Made by a program: the position numbers and the translations under genes. Shown piece after piece: positions 8,097 to 8,371 of a DNA stretch of 8,371 bases. The stretch is from Octopus vulgaris (taxonomy: Eukaryota): positions 1-8,371 of the forward strand of contig CATOCA020000075.1 in assembly GCA_951406725.2 (NCBI GenBank), read 5' to 3'. Below the pieces are notes generated by a model, which saw nothing but the letters and a program-made list of their open reading frames with translations, was not told the DNA's origin and made no database searches. The stretch's first letter is position 1; every line of letters starts with the position of its first letter.

Positions 8097-8158
8097 TAGA
8101 TATATATAATATTATATATAAGTATATATATGTATATATATGTATATATATATATATA

Positions 8159-8243
<85 letters not shown>

Positions 8244-8294
8244 TAATATATATATATATATATATATGAATGATATATATATATATATATATAT

Positions 8295-8296
<2 letters not shown>
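7792..8296. repeat. Compound (TA)n array with a GATAATATTTA...TAAGTA higher-order motif and short (TAGA)n
   Basis: GATAATATTTA recurs at 7863, 7919, 7967 and 8038, separated by variable TA runs. A long pure (AT)n lies at 8161-8240. Confidence 0.92.

Positions 8297-8330
<34 letters not shown>
8297..8330. repeat. (TG)17 microsatellite
   Basis: Perfect TG run. Confidence 0.95.
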
Positions 8331-8334
<4 letters not shown>

Positions 8335-8341
8335 ATATATA

Positions 8342-8371
8342 CAGGGGTTGTACAAAACAATGGAAACATCT
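8342..8371. mobile_element. Probable Tc1/mariner terminal inverted repeat, truncated by the window edge
   Basis: TA (8340-8341) followed by CAGGGGTTGTACAAAACAATGGAAACATCT. This resembles Tc1-type termini of the form TA|CAGGGGTTGGACAA...GAAACA (recalled). The other end is not visible. Confidence 0.55.

Noticed and set aside
7975-8369. Minus-strand ORFs with (HT)n and (YI)n
   Set aside because: They are translations of the (TG)n and (TA)n microsatellites.

Overview
Repeat-rich eukaryotic genomic window. The SINE fragments and large TA arrays resemble cephalopod/octopus DNA, which is recognition from memory and not a database result. The core is a ~4.6 kb, apparently full-length and nearly intact CR1-like LINE on the minus strand (~3185-7791), sitting between two TA-based microsatellite arrays. 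ORF1 (409 aa) has an unusual layout: a Myb/SANT-like N-terminus, polyQ and Ser/Pro linkers, and two duplicated CCCH zinc fingers. ORF2 encodes an APE endonuclease and a reverse transcriptase, is broken only by a 1-nt indel in an A-run, and is followed by an 8-bp tandem 3' tail. ORF2 has no AUG before its endonuclease domain. Its frame overlaps ORF1 in the -1 frame, and the overlap carries a correctly phased U_UUU_UUA slippery heptamer followed by a two-part stem-loop, a candidate programmed -1 ribosomal frameshift. The window also holds a tRNA-derived SINE head, an RTE-type/SINE 3' end, a self-complementary 16-bp satellite and a probable Tc1/mariner terminal repeat at the right edge. The many long Ile/Tyr ORFs are microsatellite artefacts.
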